Assembly (NCBI GenBank): GCA_965112155.1 | Contig: OZ218100.1 | Source of the DNA: Podarcis liolepis | Lineage: Eukaryota | Length of the DNA: 64,000 bases | Strand: one strand, 5' to 3' | In this document: positions 1 to 12,337 of the stretch, piece after piece | Layout of the letters: each line of letters starts with the position of its first letter | How positions within the stretch are numbered: position 1 is the stretch's first letter | The notes under the pieces: model-generated | Seen by the model: the letters and a program-made list of their open reading frames with translations, nothing else | What the model was told of the DNA's origin: nothing | Database searches by the model: none | Made by a program: the position numbers and the translations under genes

Positions 1-102
1 GGGACTACAACTCCCATGATCCCTAGCTAACAGGACCAGTGGTCAGGGATGATGGGAACTGTAGTCCCAAAACATCTGGAGAGCCGAGTTTGCCTACGCT
101 TG
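1..102. mobile_element. hAT-type palindromic MITE (truncated by window edge)
   Basis: GGGACTACAACTCCCAT...ATGGGAACTGTAGTCCC hairpin, same core as 39416-39553. Confidence 0.75.
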
Positions 103-770
103 AACTAGAGCACCCAGTAAGGAAAGGAAGATCCTCACTGATGTCTTATCAAAGGTCCATTGAGCAGAGCCCCAGACCCAGGTCAGTTCTTAGCCATTCT
201 GCTCTCCCAGTTCAAAGAAAGAGATTAAGGATCACACAAGTAATAGCATATTCTTACTGGGCAGGGAGACGGGAGAGGCACTAGAGACCTCTACAGACTG
301 CTTCTGTCCTTGAACCCAGATGTGTAGTGAAATACTGCGATAAGTCACAAATGCACTTGGGGGATTTTGGTATTGGTATAGTTTCTGCCGCCCTAGAATG
401 GCCACATCCACATAATATATTTTAAGGCACATTTAAAACACATGGCTTCACCCAAAGAATCTTGAGACCTCTAGTTTAGCCCTTACAGAGCTACTTTCCA
501 GCACCCTTAGCAAACTACAGATCCCAGGGTTATTTGAGGGAAGTCGTGTCTTTTAATGTATGGTCTGAAGGTGACCAATGTTTAACCAATGTTTTTTTGC
601 TTAAAATAATAGAATCCAATAGTATCATGGAACTTTTGAACTGTTTTAATATTGTATTTTTAAACTGTTGTAACCTGCCCTGGGACCTTATCATGAAGGA
701 CATGTAAGAAACGGAATACATAAAAAACAACACCACGCACACACACACTTCTGCAAACACAATCAAGTTG

Positions 771-908
771 CAGCATTTCTCAACCTGTGGGTCCCCAGAT
801 GTTGTTGAACTACAACTTCCATCACCCCTAGCTAGCAAGGCCAGAGCTCAGGGATGATGGGAGTTGTAGTCCAACAACATCTGGGGACCCACAGGTTGAG
901 AACTGCTG
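771..908. mobile_element. hAT-type palindromic MITE
   Basis: Long TIRs CAGCATTTCTCAACCTGTGGGTCCCCAGATGTTG / CAACATCTGGGGACCCACAGGTTGAGAACTGCTG. Confidence 0.85.
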
Positions 909-1212
909 AAAGCTGCATATAAATCTATGCCACCTCTGAATGATTCACATGTTAATCTGGTTCTTGGTATTTTGGCTATTCTCAATCAGTTTCTAAAAGG
1001 CAGGAATGATGTTTTTGTGGTTTACATTATGAATAGAGACAAAGCAGATGATTATTTAGTTCCATATAGAATTTAATGTGTGTGAGATTCTGTCATTCTT
1101 CAAAAGCTGTTCTTTCATATACTAAATAAGCAGGATACAAGAGGATAAATGCAGTGTACAGAGAAGGTATGTAAAAAGTCATAAGACTACAGCAACATCT
1201 TTTGCATATTAC

Positions 1213-1317
1213 CATTCGTGTTCCACAGTCTGTGAAGTTGGTCTTAATGCTGAATATGTAGAGGTTTCCTACTTGAGTACCATGACATGCTGGGTCATTA
1301 AGGTGTAAATCAGAGAC
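1213..1317 (-). CDS. ZP-domain protein (uromodulin/GP2/tectorin-like), ZP-N exon VSDLHLNDPACHGTQVGNLYIFSIKTNFTDCGTRM
   Basis: LHLNDPxC...F.I.....CGT signature; acceptor TTTTCCTTTGCAG|, donor ATG|GTAAT; in frame with the 2624-2718 exon. Confidence 0.85.
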
Positions 1318-2038
1318 CTGCAAAGGAAAAACCTTTCTTTTTCCTTTTAATTTTACAATATAATTCTCAACACAATTTTAGATTATGTTTACAATTGCAC
1401 TAGCTAATCAGCATATCCTTGGCCCTGACACCTGTCATTTCACTTGGCAGCATGGCATTATTGCATGAAAAATGCCTCATTTGCCTTCTGGGACTCACAG
1501 TCATCAAGATACAATCTTACCAAGTGCCAACCTGCCTTCTATCGACAGGTACATTCTATCATGTGATAGTAACAATTTTGGGGGGAGTGAAAATCCATTC
1601 ATGTGATGTAGCCTATGATCCCATTAGGAGCTGGACACAGAGAAAGCAGCAGCGTGAGAAAAATCTACCCCTCTTTCAAAAGGCACTTCCCCTGAATTTT
1701 CTGAGTACAGCTAAAATATTTCATGGTTGAAGGCACTAAGAAAGGCCTGGCATTTCCCTAATATTTTGATGTGGTGTAGTCTGCAATGTACCAGCTCACA
1801 TTTTATCATCGTCTGGCTGGCATCTCCCAGAAATTAGAATATAAAGCATATGACGATGAAGATAGCGGAAGAGCTCTACAGATAAGATCTGGATAAATAA
1901 TGTTCCCTTATGCTACAGTTCTAGAAACTAGAGGCAACAAAATGGGCTATTAGCCACAATTCTTTATGAGCTCCTCTGGGTTATTGAATTGTAATAAGAA
2001 AAAGGAAAGCATCCAGAAAACCCCCCAAATGAGATATA

Positions 2039-2280
2039 CAGTGGTACCTCAGGTTAAGTACTTAATTTGTTCCGGAGGTCTGTTCTTAACCTGAAACTGT
2101 TCTTAACCTGAAGCACCACTTTAGCTAATGGGGCCTCCTGCTGCTGCTGCGCTGCCGGAGCACGATTTCTGTTCTCAACCTGAAGCAAAGTTCTTAACCT
2201 GAAGCAATATTTCTGGGTTGGCGGAGTCTGTAACCTGAAGCATATGAAACCTGAAGCGTATGTAACCCGAGGTACCACTG
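2039..2280. mobile_element. Tc1/mariner (Tigger-like) non-autonomous element
   Basis: TIRs CAGTGGTACCTC(A/G)GGTTA, flanked by TA on both sides. Confidence 0.85.
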
Positions 2281-2623
2281 TACAACAAAATGTTGCACTG
2301 TGGAGTATTCCTGTTCAGGGGGCCAGCCATGCACTTCCATTCTCACCTCCTCACCACCACACACAACAGTCAGCATTCATGGGAACTCAGTCCTCCTTGG
2401 GCTGTCTTTGGGTCCCCCCCCCCCCACTCCTTGTTGGGTCCCCCCCCATTTTTTTTGTTTGCAATTCTACAGACTTCAGGGTCCCTCCCGTGTGTGTGTG
2501 TGTGTGCAGTGGTTGCTAAATATGCATTGGCACTCACACATCCAAAATAAAGGGGATTACCTCATGTTAAAGTGACTGAATGGATTTTTTTTAAAATTAA
2601 AATTTTAAAATCACAGTACTTAC

Positions 2624-2718
2624 TAATATTGGAGGGTTCTTTGACAGGAAGAATGCACTCGGAATTTCTACTTCAATCAGGTCCTTAGTACATATGATGG
2701 TCTCGTTGATTTCTGTGT
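2624..2718 (-). CDS. ZP-domain protein, exon encoding ZP-N start (TEINETIICTKDLIEVEIPSAFFLSKNPPIL)
   Basis: Acceptor TTTTACATACAG|, donor TTA|GTAAGT, phase 1 to 0; C-x4-hydrophobic-E-V-x-I pattern typical of the first ZP-N strands. Confidence 0.8.
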
Positions 2719-2779
2719 CTGTATGTAAAAACACTGCTTGTTAAAGGGGAAAGAATGGGAGGAAAAGTCCCAGCTTTCT

Positions 2780-2780
<1 letters not shown>

Positions 2781-2810
<30 letters not shown>
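2781..2810. repeat. (GT)n microsatellite
   Basis: Direct reading; others at ~2490-2506 and (TC)n at ~23339-23360. Confidence 0.9.
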
Positions 2811-2813
<3 letters not shown>

Positions 2814-2954
2814 CTGCATGTGTGTATGTACAGAGTTTGAATCTGGATCGCTGAAAAGCAAAGGTGAAATTCCAAAGGAAATATTATTCTTGGGATACAT
2901 TCTAGAATACAGGTTAGTGAATATCAGTGAATTCTGTGACTTCCCAGAACACTT

Positions 2955-3200
2955 GAAGAAGAGGAAGAGTTTGGATTTGATATCCCGCTTTATTACTACC
3001 CTAAGGAGTCTCAAAGCGGCTAACATTCTCCTTTCCCTTCCTCCCCCACAACAAACACTTTGTGAGGTGAGTGAGGCTGAGAGACTTCAGAGAAGTGTGA
3101 CTGGCCCACGTTCACCCAGCAGCTGCATGTGGAGGAGCGGAGAAGCGAACCCGGTTCACCAGATTACGAGTCCACCGCTCTTAACCACTACACCACACTG
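2955..3200 (-). mobile_element. tRNA-derived CORE-type SINE (Squam3-like)
   Basis: Minus strand starts CCAGTGTGGTGTAGTGGTTAAG (A box), B box GGTTCGCTT, (CTT)n tail; near-identical copy at 11878-12125. Confidence 0.85.
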
Positions 3201-3709
3201 GCTCTCTTTGGGATTCTTACCAAAGTTAAAGCCCAAATCAGATGCACTGGCTGCAGTTCAGAACTCACGTGTGCATGACCAGTTTTTCCCTAGCAGAGTA
3301 CCGGTTTCTTAGCAATTTCAAAAAATGGCATAGCCCTACTTGTAATGTGGGGCCTTATTACCCAGTTGCAAACATTGTCAGTCACTCATGTCCAATTCTT
3401 ACAATAATTACTACTATTCTGGGAAAGCAAACACTTCTGTATAGCCCAGTCTTATGACCCACTGCAATAAAGATATCGCCTCGTGTCTTCAGTTTTATTG
3501 TGTATTCTTCAGTATAGCTGAAATGCTAAACTAGTTTAATGGTATCTAGGATTAGACCAGATTGTCCCAGCTGTGGAACAGCTACAGTGCCTGTTTCTTC
3601 ACTGAGGATACCAGTTGTTGCTGCTTATCCAAGCTTGGTTTTTTTTGGCAGGTGTAGTGACAGAATTCTTGCCTTGCTATAAGATACAGGAATATTGTGG
3701 GTGAAATAT

Positions 3710-3792
3710 CTGATGGTGTTTCCTGCTTGGCAGGGGGTTGGACTCGATGGCCCTTGTGGTCTTTTCCAACTCTATGATTCTATGATTCTATG
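3710..3792 (+). mobile_element. CR1 LINE 3' terminus
   Basis: GGGGGTTGGACTCGATGGCC...(ATTCTATG)n tail; same as end of 55022-55356. Confidence 0.85.
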
Positions 3793-4494
3793 AAAGCTAT
3801 TCCATCTGCAGGAGCAGTTCAATAGGTTTTGATGTCTATGATGGGAAATCATATTCCTGCTTGTGATGGAGGCAAACTGGAGTTTCCCCAGACTTGGATC
3901 CTTCCACATTTGAGCCTGACTTATATTGTAGGACAGCCTGCCAGAGCTGTCAGTCAGTCTTCCCTCCCTTCTTACCATTCCTTTCCTTCCCCCAAACTCA
4001 CTTGGCAGTAGTTTGACCCCAGCAAGAGCTCGTGATGGATCTGAGTAAGGCTTGCCTCTCTCCCTGGCACATACAGTGCTCCAACAGCTGAGTAAAAAAC
4101 ACAAGAGAGCTTGTAAACCAGAGTCCTCCAGGGTGTGGACTCAAGATACTTGGGGTAATTACATTTCACAGCTCCCCTGATGTCTAGAACTCAACAGCAG
4201 CCTCAATGATGCAAGAGCTGCTGGAAAACATGGCTTCCCAAACTCTCTTTCACAGGTGGGTTGAGGGATCTGAAGAGAGTGGTTTTAAAGGAGGTGTTTT
4301 GACCTGTTGCGTTCCTGATTATGAGGATCATTACAGAGTTTACAAATGTGAGGGGGAGTAAGCTATTTTCTAGTTTTATTGGGCTTTTTGAAGATAGCTA
4401 GTTTTGTTGAGTCCCATTCTATTGATTTTCTGGTCAATCTCTTGTAGATATGAGTCAATATGGGGCGAGGTCTTCCACATCTCCAATAAGTGGC

Positions 4495-5352
4495 AACATC
4501 AGATTAAATCCAACTCAATGGTGTAATGTTGGAAAGTGTTGATCACTTCTCCTACCTGGGCAGTTATCTTTCCACAAGGACTGACATTGATGCCAAAATC
4601 CAGCATTGCCTGAGCAGTGTGAGCTTTCTCCCAGTTGAAGTGCAGAGTGTTTGAGGACTGGGACATTTGCAGGGAAAACAAAATGCTTGTTTACAAAGCT
4701 ATTATACTACCAACCTTACTGTAGGTTTGTGAAACATGGACCACTTATAAACGCCACCTCCAACTCCTCGAAAGATTCCATCAGTGATGTCTCCGGAAAA
4801 AATTACACATCATTTGGGAAGACAGGTGAACTAATACCAGTGTACTGGAAGAAGCAAAGATCACCAGTGTTGAAGCAATGATTCTTCAACAACAACTTCG
4901 TTGGACTGGTCATGTTGTGCGGATGCCTGATGATCATCTTCCAAAGCAACTACTCTATTCCAAACTTAAAAATGGAAAGCGTAATGCTGCTGGTCAACAA
5001 AAGAAGTTTAAAGACTGCCTCAAGGCAAATCTAAGAAAATGTAGTATAAACACCAACAATTGGGAAACTTGCCTGCGACTGCTCCAATTGGAGATCAGCT
5101 TTTACCAAAGGTGTCATGGGCTTTGAAGGCACTCAAACTCAGGACGCAAGGGAGAAACATGCTAAGAAGAAGGCACACTTGGCAAATCCACATCGTGATC
5201 AGCTCCCACCCAGAAACCAATGTCCCCACTGTGGAAGGATGTGTGGATCCAGAATTGGGCTCCACAGTCACTTAGGGACTCATTGTTAAAACTGTGTTTA
5301 TAGAAGACAATCTTACTCAGCTACGAGTGATCGCCAAAGAAGATGAAGAAGA
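4495..5352 (+). mobile_element. RTE-clade LINE, 5'-truncated ORF2 3' end (degenerate)
   Basis: FSYLGS, QLRWTGHVVRMPD..LPKQLLY..L..GKR..G.Q.K.FKD.LK, terminal CPHCGRMC...HSH..TH and (GAA)n-like tail. Confidence 0.9.
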
Positions 5353-6149
5353 TAATGGGAGACTAGTGTTTCCTCAATAATTTGCTGTATGAGTCACTGC
5401 CTTAAGTGTTTAGGTCACTATAGAGTCGAGAGTCTACTTGTGTTGGGCTATCTTGATAGCAAATCCTGTTTCTGTATTCCAGGTCAAATCAGCTGCAGGG
5501 CTTTTCATAAAACACATTTGTTTTTGGATGCAATGGAAGTATCTTCAGAACACTAATTAACTTTGGCCTTTCAGAAATTGTATATTTATTAGACTCAAAT
5601 AATGTTAACAGAGCTTTTGGCTGATTGATTCTTGAAGCATCACAGAGCAGGTTCCATTGAAGGTCCTTACTTACTAATGGTCTGCTGAAATGTCACAGAG
5701 GTTATTGGCTTGAAAGAAATATAATTTACATTCAGGAAAGAATTGCTAGCCTTTGGGTGGCTAAAATGGAAGGTGAATTAGCACATTGCTTTCAGTGGTT
5801 GATCAGTGTGTATTGAAAGCCTAATCTTAGCACAAAATTGTTTTCAGAGATGAATGATTAATCTAGATTGTCAGATTTCTATCAGCTGGAAGATGAGGTT
5901 AGCAAATGAGGCCTCAGAGGGAGGGGAAGGGATGGAAAATACCCCCTGCCCAAACCCCTAAACTATTATTACTGTCTCAGGTTTTGTTTGTTTGTTTTTT
6001 GAATCCTGAAAATAAATTTGAGCTGTAGTCTAGAACTGATGTCACAATGGAAGAACACTGAACTGATCTATCCCTGAATTAGTAAGTGGTCTACAATGCA
6101 GTTTATAGAGTGGTTTACAATATACTGCTGCTGCTGCTACTACTACTAA

Positions 6150-6765
6150 TTTTATTATTTATACCCTGCCAATCTGGCTGTGTTCCCCAAGCCACTCTGG
6201 GCAGCTTATAGCATATCTAAAAACATAATAAAAACATCAAGCATAAAAAACCTCCTGAAACAGGGCTGCCTTTAGATGTCTTCTAAAAGTTGTGTAATTC
6301 TTTATCTCCTTGACATCTGAAGGGAGGATATTCCACAGGGAGGGCACCACTACTGAGAAGGCCCTCTGTCTAATGGTTCCCTATAACTTCACTTTTCACA
6401 GTGAGGGAACCAGCAGAAGACCCTCAGAGGAGGACCTCAGTGTCTGGACCGAGACCGTTTAGGGCTTTAAAGGTCAGCACCAACACTTTGAATTGTGCTC
6501 GGAAACATAGTGGGGGCCACTGAAGATCCTTTAGGACTGGTGTTATATAGTCTTGGTGGCCACTCCCAGTCACCAGTCTAGCTGCTGCATTCTGGATTAG
6601 TTGTAGTTTGAGAGTCACCTTCAAAGGCAGCCCCTTGTAGAGCACATTGCAGTAGTCCAAGCGAGAGATAACTAGAGCATGCACCACTCTGGTGAGACAG
6701 TCTGTGGGCAGATAGGGTCTTAGCCTGCATACCAGATGGAGCTGGTAGACAGCTGCCCTGGACAT
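6150..6765 (-). mobile_element. L2 LINE 3' fragment
   Basis: ALVISRLDYCNVLY.GLP...LQLIQNAAARLV motif; AT-rich simple tail at ~6130-6160. Confidence 0.9.
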
Positions 6766-9700
6766 AGAAAGGGTTTCAGTCTTAGATGTATAATGCAAAA
6801 TAAAAAGTTGAACAAATGGAACAAACATATGAAAAATCTGATTAAATAATAACTATTCTACGAAAATATTCTAATAAAAATATTTCTAAAACATTTATAG
6901 TGTTTTTTAATGTAAAATGTAGAACAGAGTGGGCTATTTTATGGATTCAGCAGAAACTGTAGATTTTTTAAATGGAGTGACACCTGTGTTATTCTAAAAT
7001 CAGTAATAAAGAAGCCCTATGAATTATAAGAAAAATATGTTGTTGTGTATCCAAGGATCAGGGAAAATATTGTTGTGTCTCTTTATTCACTATCAAACTT
7101 TATCTGGAGGACTTATGCCCAAAGGCTGGTGGGCCAGCTTTCAAGAATTTACCCTACTTGTCCACATGTAAAATGATGGGATCAGAATTACTCCTGTTAT
7201 CATGTTCCCAGAGTTTTCTTGAAAGAAGCTAGAGCTTTGCAGCTGTCAGTCTGTCTGTAAAGCTGCCAAGAAGCAGCAGTTAATTTACGGGAAGGGAAGA
7301 GAGTGCCAGCAAAAATCCTGAACAACAGCATGTGCAGAATTATTCTGAACATGACCGTGCTGTACTGATGGAAAGTGACTAGGCACAATTCATCTTAGGA
7401 TTCATGTACCTTTAACAGTTGTGTGATAGCATGGATGTCAATAGATGTAGCCTCTCTCACCCTTGAAGCATTGGAGCACAGGGGTTCCAACAGAATTTTC
7501 TGTACCCAGTCCACTGTGTGGAGTTTAGGCCCTTTGTCCTACTTGCAAAAGAGGAGAGAGATTTGCATAACATTTACAGATGCATTGTGTCATATGCAAA
7601 TTTGTAACCTCTTTTGCAGGTGGATTGGAGGGTCCAAAAATAAATCTTCTGCCACACACAACAAAAAATGTCTGACAGAGAATGTCAGCAGGTGAAGCTT
7701 TCCCCAATTGTATGTCCATACTAAAAAATGCTTAACCTGTTGATTTTTAGCTGCCATTCAGCTCTTAAAGGCACAAGAACCCTGCGTTCCCCCAATGCCA
7801 ACCCTAAACCTACACTGCGACCCTGTACTCTCTTACCTGGGAATAAACCCTATTAAACAGCAAAGACTCAATAGTAGACATGTATAAAATTCAGCTGCAA
7901 TAGTGAATTCTTGATGCATGTCTGGTCTTTAGCTTTAAATGTGCTTTGCAAAGTTTTCCCATTTGTTATTTTGCAGTGGGCGGGATTCTATAGCATCCAC
8001 CTGCACTTCTTGTGTGGCAGGATTTGCAGAAAATAACTTCTAGAGTACTATACTAAAATTAACCCATCACCAGGAAACGTGCATCTCTAGTTTCTAGGCA
8101 AAAAAGGAAGGGCACACTATAGAAATTTCAAGGAGTACAAAATGAGACAGAAGCAGGAAAAGTGCATTAAGGACAAAGTGAAAAGAGTGGATCCTAAGGA
8201 CCCAGGGATTTCTATCACCTGGCGTTCAAACTCCTTAATAACCTTTCTGACCTCACTTATTGTCTAAAACACTGAAAGATGGGAGCAGCCAAGTTGGCTC
8301 ATCTCACATAAATTGCTTAGAAGGGAGCCTGCAGAATTTGCTTCATAACTTTCCAGGAGGGATCAATTCTACATCCCCCCCCCCCCAAAGACAACTCAGA
8401 CTAACTTGTGTTCCCTCTTCTGAACTTTCACAAATGTTAATGGCCTAGGAGTCCTCTCCTTGAATGCAAGACTAGAGAATCATTTTTTGTCTGTCACGGT
8501 CACATTCCCACAAAGGTAATCTTTGTGATGGTGAGAGGCACCAAAGCCAGTGCTGGAAAGTTTGCAGCATTATAGAGTGCTGTGTGTTTGTTTTCGCCCT
8601 AATCCCTCCATCTCATTTTCTCCCTTGCCACAAGTCTGAGCTGATTACTTGCAGAGGATTTCCCCTCCTCCTTTCTTCCCTCCATTTTTATTTGTGCCCC
8701 TCCTCCCACTTTTTGCTCCCTCACTCTTTCCCCCAGCTTACATGAAGGAGGGCTGGCATTTGTGTTTCTTAGGGTTCATCCTTGCTCCTCAAGAAAGCTT
8801 GCATTCCTTAGACCAGGAAAATTGGATTTTAAAATGTCACCCAGATACTTTTTCTCTCAGTTTAGACTATTATTAAAACTGGGGACATCAGTAGTAGCCT
8901 AAAATCACAAGCCTTACATGGTAGTTTATTATAACCAGCAAATTTATATTAACCTTTTAAAGAACGTATTTCAATAAGTGATACTTACCCATTGAGGCAA
9001 GCAGTTTCAGGAATTTCCGACCAGGTACTTTAACAGTGTATTATTTATTCTAACATCTATTAACTGTCACAAAGCTGGTGTGCAAATCCAGGCCAATTCT
9101 TATTACTAACATTGATTCAATAGAAAAGGTGACTTTGTAATTTTTAAAAAACCTGTTAAGATAGATACTGAACCTTTGCCATAACGCATAGAAACATCAA
9201 AGTGTGCTGCAAGCTATGTTTTCAAAGCTACATTTTGATAAATGCATTTAAAGTGCAGGTATAAGACAAAGGTAAATTTATAATTGGACCAATAATATCA
9301 CAGAAGATCTAGTCACTGTTTCAAAGTAGATTCCTCCTGAGAGAACTCACCCTCCCCAGTGTTGGTCCCGCTTGAAGACATCAGCAGAGAAGCCACCAAG
9401 AGGGCAGAGAAGGGCATTTTGCAAGGTCCCATCACAACCGAAATTTCCTCAAAGAGCACCAGCCAGGAACTTGAACAGAGACTTCCCGCCCTTTCAACTT
9501 GGTCTCTTGGATGAGGGTTTGGATGAGGGTGTGGTGGTAAATGGTTCCTCACGGCTTTTACCCTGTGGTGTTTCTCCCCTCCCTTTCTAAACTTGAATGC
9601 CTCCTGCCTGAAGACGCAAGGGTGTTCTGGGTCCAACAATAGGATTCCACAGAGATAGCCACTGGAGACCATGATTACTCTTGCCAAAGTCACCACCTAT

Positions 9701-11877
9701 TTTAGAGCTGAATTCTCCCCAAGAAGAAAACCCTTCCCCCCCCACCTCACATTTTTGTCTTTACTATGGCAGCCGCTTAGCACACCCTTTATCTGGGAGG
9801 AGGAGGACCTCCCTCGACTCCCTTTGGGATTCTCCCTCTGAGTGTTTTATATGCTTCCATTCTGCTCTGCAGAAGGGCAGTAAATGATTTACAGCTCCTT
9901 GTTTATTTATGCATTCATTTAGGTTGTTGTTGTTTCTTGGGAATAAAGGCACAAAATAACAGAAGACACTAACACCATCCCCACAGAAGACAAAGCATGA
10001 ATTGGAAATAATGTCCTAATTTTCTTGATGGGCAATGTAAATAAATAAATGCCTTTCTAAAAGAGGCGAGAGTTTTCTCAAAGGAAAAAAGCAGCATCAC
10101 TTTCAAAATGATGCTATTAACCTGAAAGAATGTGTACTTCTCTCAAGTCACTGTCTTCCGTTATTTTCAGGCAATGACCCCAACCATTTCTATGGAAAGA
10201 ATTTCAGCGGGAAATACAGCGGCTATAGCTGCCTGTAGAATATGAGGGAGACAAACCTAAAGTTTTAACGGGCCCAATATAATGTTGGATTGTCAAGAGT
10301 TGCCAAGCCGCTTTTTGAATTGTCTGTTGCAGCCCATGGAATTGTATTGGACCTAACAACTGTTTGGAGTTTTATGTTAATGAGTTTTAGAGGGCAGGTG
10401 TTCACCCACAGCAGTAGTATGAGGTAAAAGGATTTTGGAAGATTATCAGTAGAGAATGATGCCAAAATATCATTCAGAATCCAAATGACAGTAAAACAAG
10501 TTCCGAGAGACCCTAGATTCTCACACCCAATTCTGCAAATCAAACTGCTTTGGAATCTGAGTTTTCAGAAGATGCTTGCAATCTAATGTTTGGAAAGGAG
10601 GTGACCAGTTGTTCAAAAGAGGGGAGGGGAATCCAAAGTTAGTGCAAAGTTAGTGTTAAAAAAAAATCAATGTCAGTTGGACCACTCAAGGGCAAGTAGT
10701 ACAATAATAATTTTATTTAGTATATAGTTATGTGTAATGCTTTAGCGCTGAATGATGTAGGAATAGCAATAAAGGTTGCAATCCCATAAACACTTATTTT
10801 GGACTAAGCTCCCTTGACCTCAGTGACGCTTACTTCTGAGTGAACATGAAGATTAGGGTTTAAAGCAAATAAAGAAGATTTAGGAAGAAAATCCACTACC
10901 ATTAGTTGATCAAATTTTGGACTAATTCAGTGGGAACATTCCTCCTGATACAAATAGCAGCATTGGAAGGTGGAGAATCATGGTGAGATCATAGCGGAAG
11001 GGTGATTGTGAGAGTGTGTAATTAATGCATTTGTATTTAATGTCACATTGATAGTTTGGCCCCTTTACTGCTAGTCTTGGGTCCAAGACTAAACATGTAC
11101 AGTTAACAATTTATTGCACTCCCTGCATCTCATTGGTACTCAAACACGGCAAATGATTAGCTTTCTCTGACTGTAGTCTTTACTTGTAGGCACAACAAAC
11201 TCTTAATTCAACTGGGAAAAGGAAGAATTAAAAGCCTTGCTTGTGTTTTAATCTAGGCAAACTTCCTCCTTTTGTCAGCAGGAGGAATCCCTCAGTTAAC
11301 CTAGCCAGGAATGACAACTCTAGACATTACGATCACAGTAACTAGGTTACAAAGTTAGTAACAGAAAGGCTATTCCCAGGAGCAATGGTTCCAAACTGAA
11401 CTCTGGAACCACTTTCATTATAGAACTCTAAGGAATGTAAATCTTCAAACTTTTAAACCCTCTCCTTTCTTCAGTGTACTATATAATTTAAACTCAGCAA
11501 TAGACCAAATTAAATATGATGCTTTGGATGCTCCAAACAAAAGAGCTAGCATTCAGCGTGGGTCCATTAGTGGTTTATAAGATAAGCCACCTCTTTCTTG
11601 ATTATATTGACTGATGGGAAAGATGAGGCATCTTCACAGTCAACAGTCTGCCTGACACTTTAATGTGAACACATATGTTTAGGTTTATTCGATTTCTTAG
11701 GCACCCTTTTTTGAAAAAAAGGGGAAAAGATGTTACAGTAAATAAAATACATGAAAGTAAAAACAAGAGCAGTACAACACCCAGAACGTACGAAAACCAC
11801 ACTCCCCATCCCCAAGTGAGAAATTACCGGGAATAATCCAGTCAGAGTTCTGGATTGCTGCCTAAAACATTTTAAAA

Positions 11878-12125
11878 AGAAGAAGAGAAGAGTTTGGATT
11901 TGATATCCCGCCTTTCACTCCCCTTCAGGAGTCTCAAAGCGGCTAACAATCTCCTTTCCCTTCCTCCCCCACAACAAACACTCTGTGAGGTGAGTGGGGC
12001 TGAGAGACTTCAAAGAAGTGTGACTGGCCCAAGGTCACCCAGCAGCTGCATGTGGAGGAGCGGAGACGCGAACCCGGTTACCCAGATTACGTGACTACCG
12101 CTCTTAACCACTACACCACACTGGC
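11878..12125 (-). mobile_element. tRNA-derived CORE-type SINE (Squam3-like)
   Basis: Near-identical to 2955-3200; contains GGGTGACCTTGGGCCAGTCAC core. Confidence 0.85.
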
Positions 12126-12337
12126 TTGCTATGGTTCAAGGAGGATAAAAATAACTTACTTAGATTGTCACTTGTCTGAAGTATGACCTTGCCTACAAAG
12201 GTAGGCAGGTCCCAATGAAAGACTGAACAGAAATCAGTGGTGTTTCCATCTTACAGCAGTGGACAAAATTGTGACCCACAACAATTTATTCCAAATCCTC
12301 AACAAATCACGCATGAAGAAGCCATTTCAGGTTCATG

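Noticed and set aside
232-432. Minus-strand ORF as the next ZP exon
   Set aside because: No ZP-N C-terminal motif or convincing splice sites; the next exon is probably beyond the window edge.
2755-3312. 185-aa plus-strand ORF
   Set aside because: Made of a (GT)n microsatellite and an antisense SINE; not a gene.
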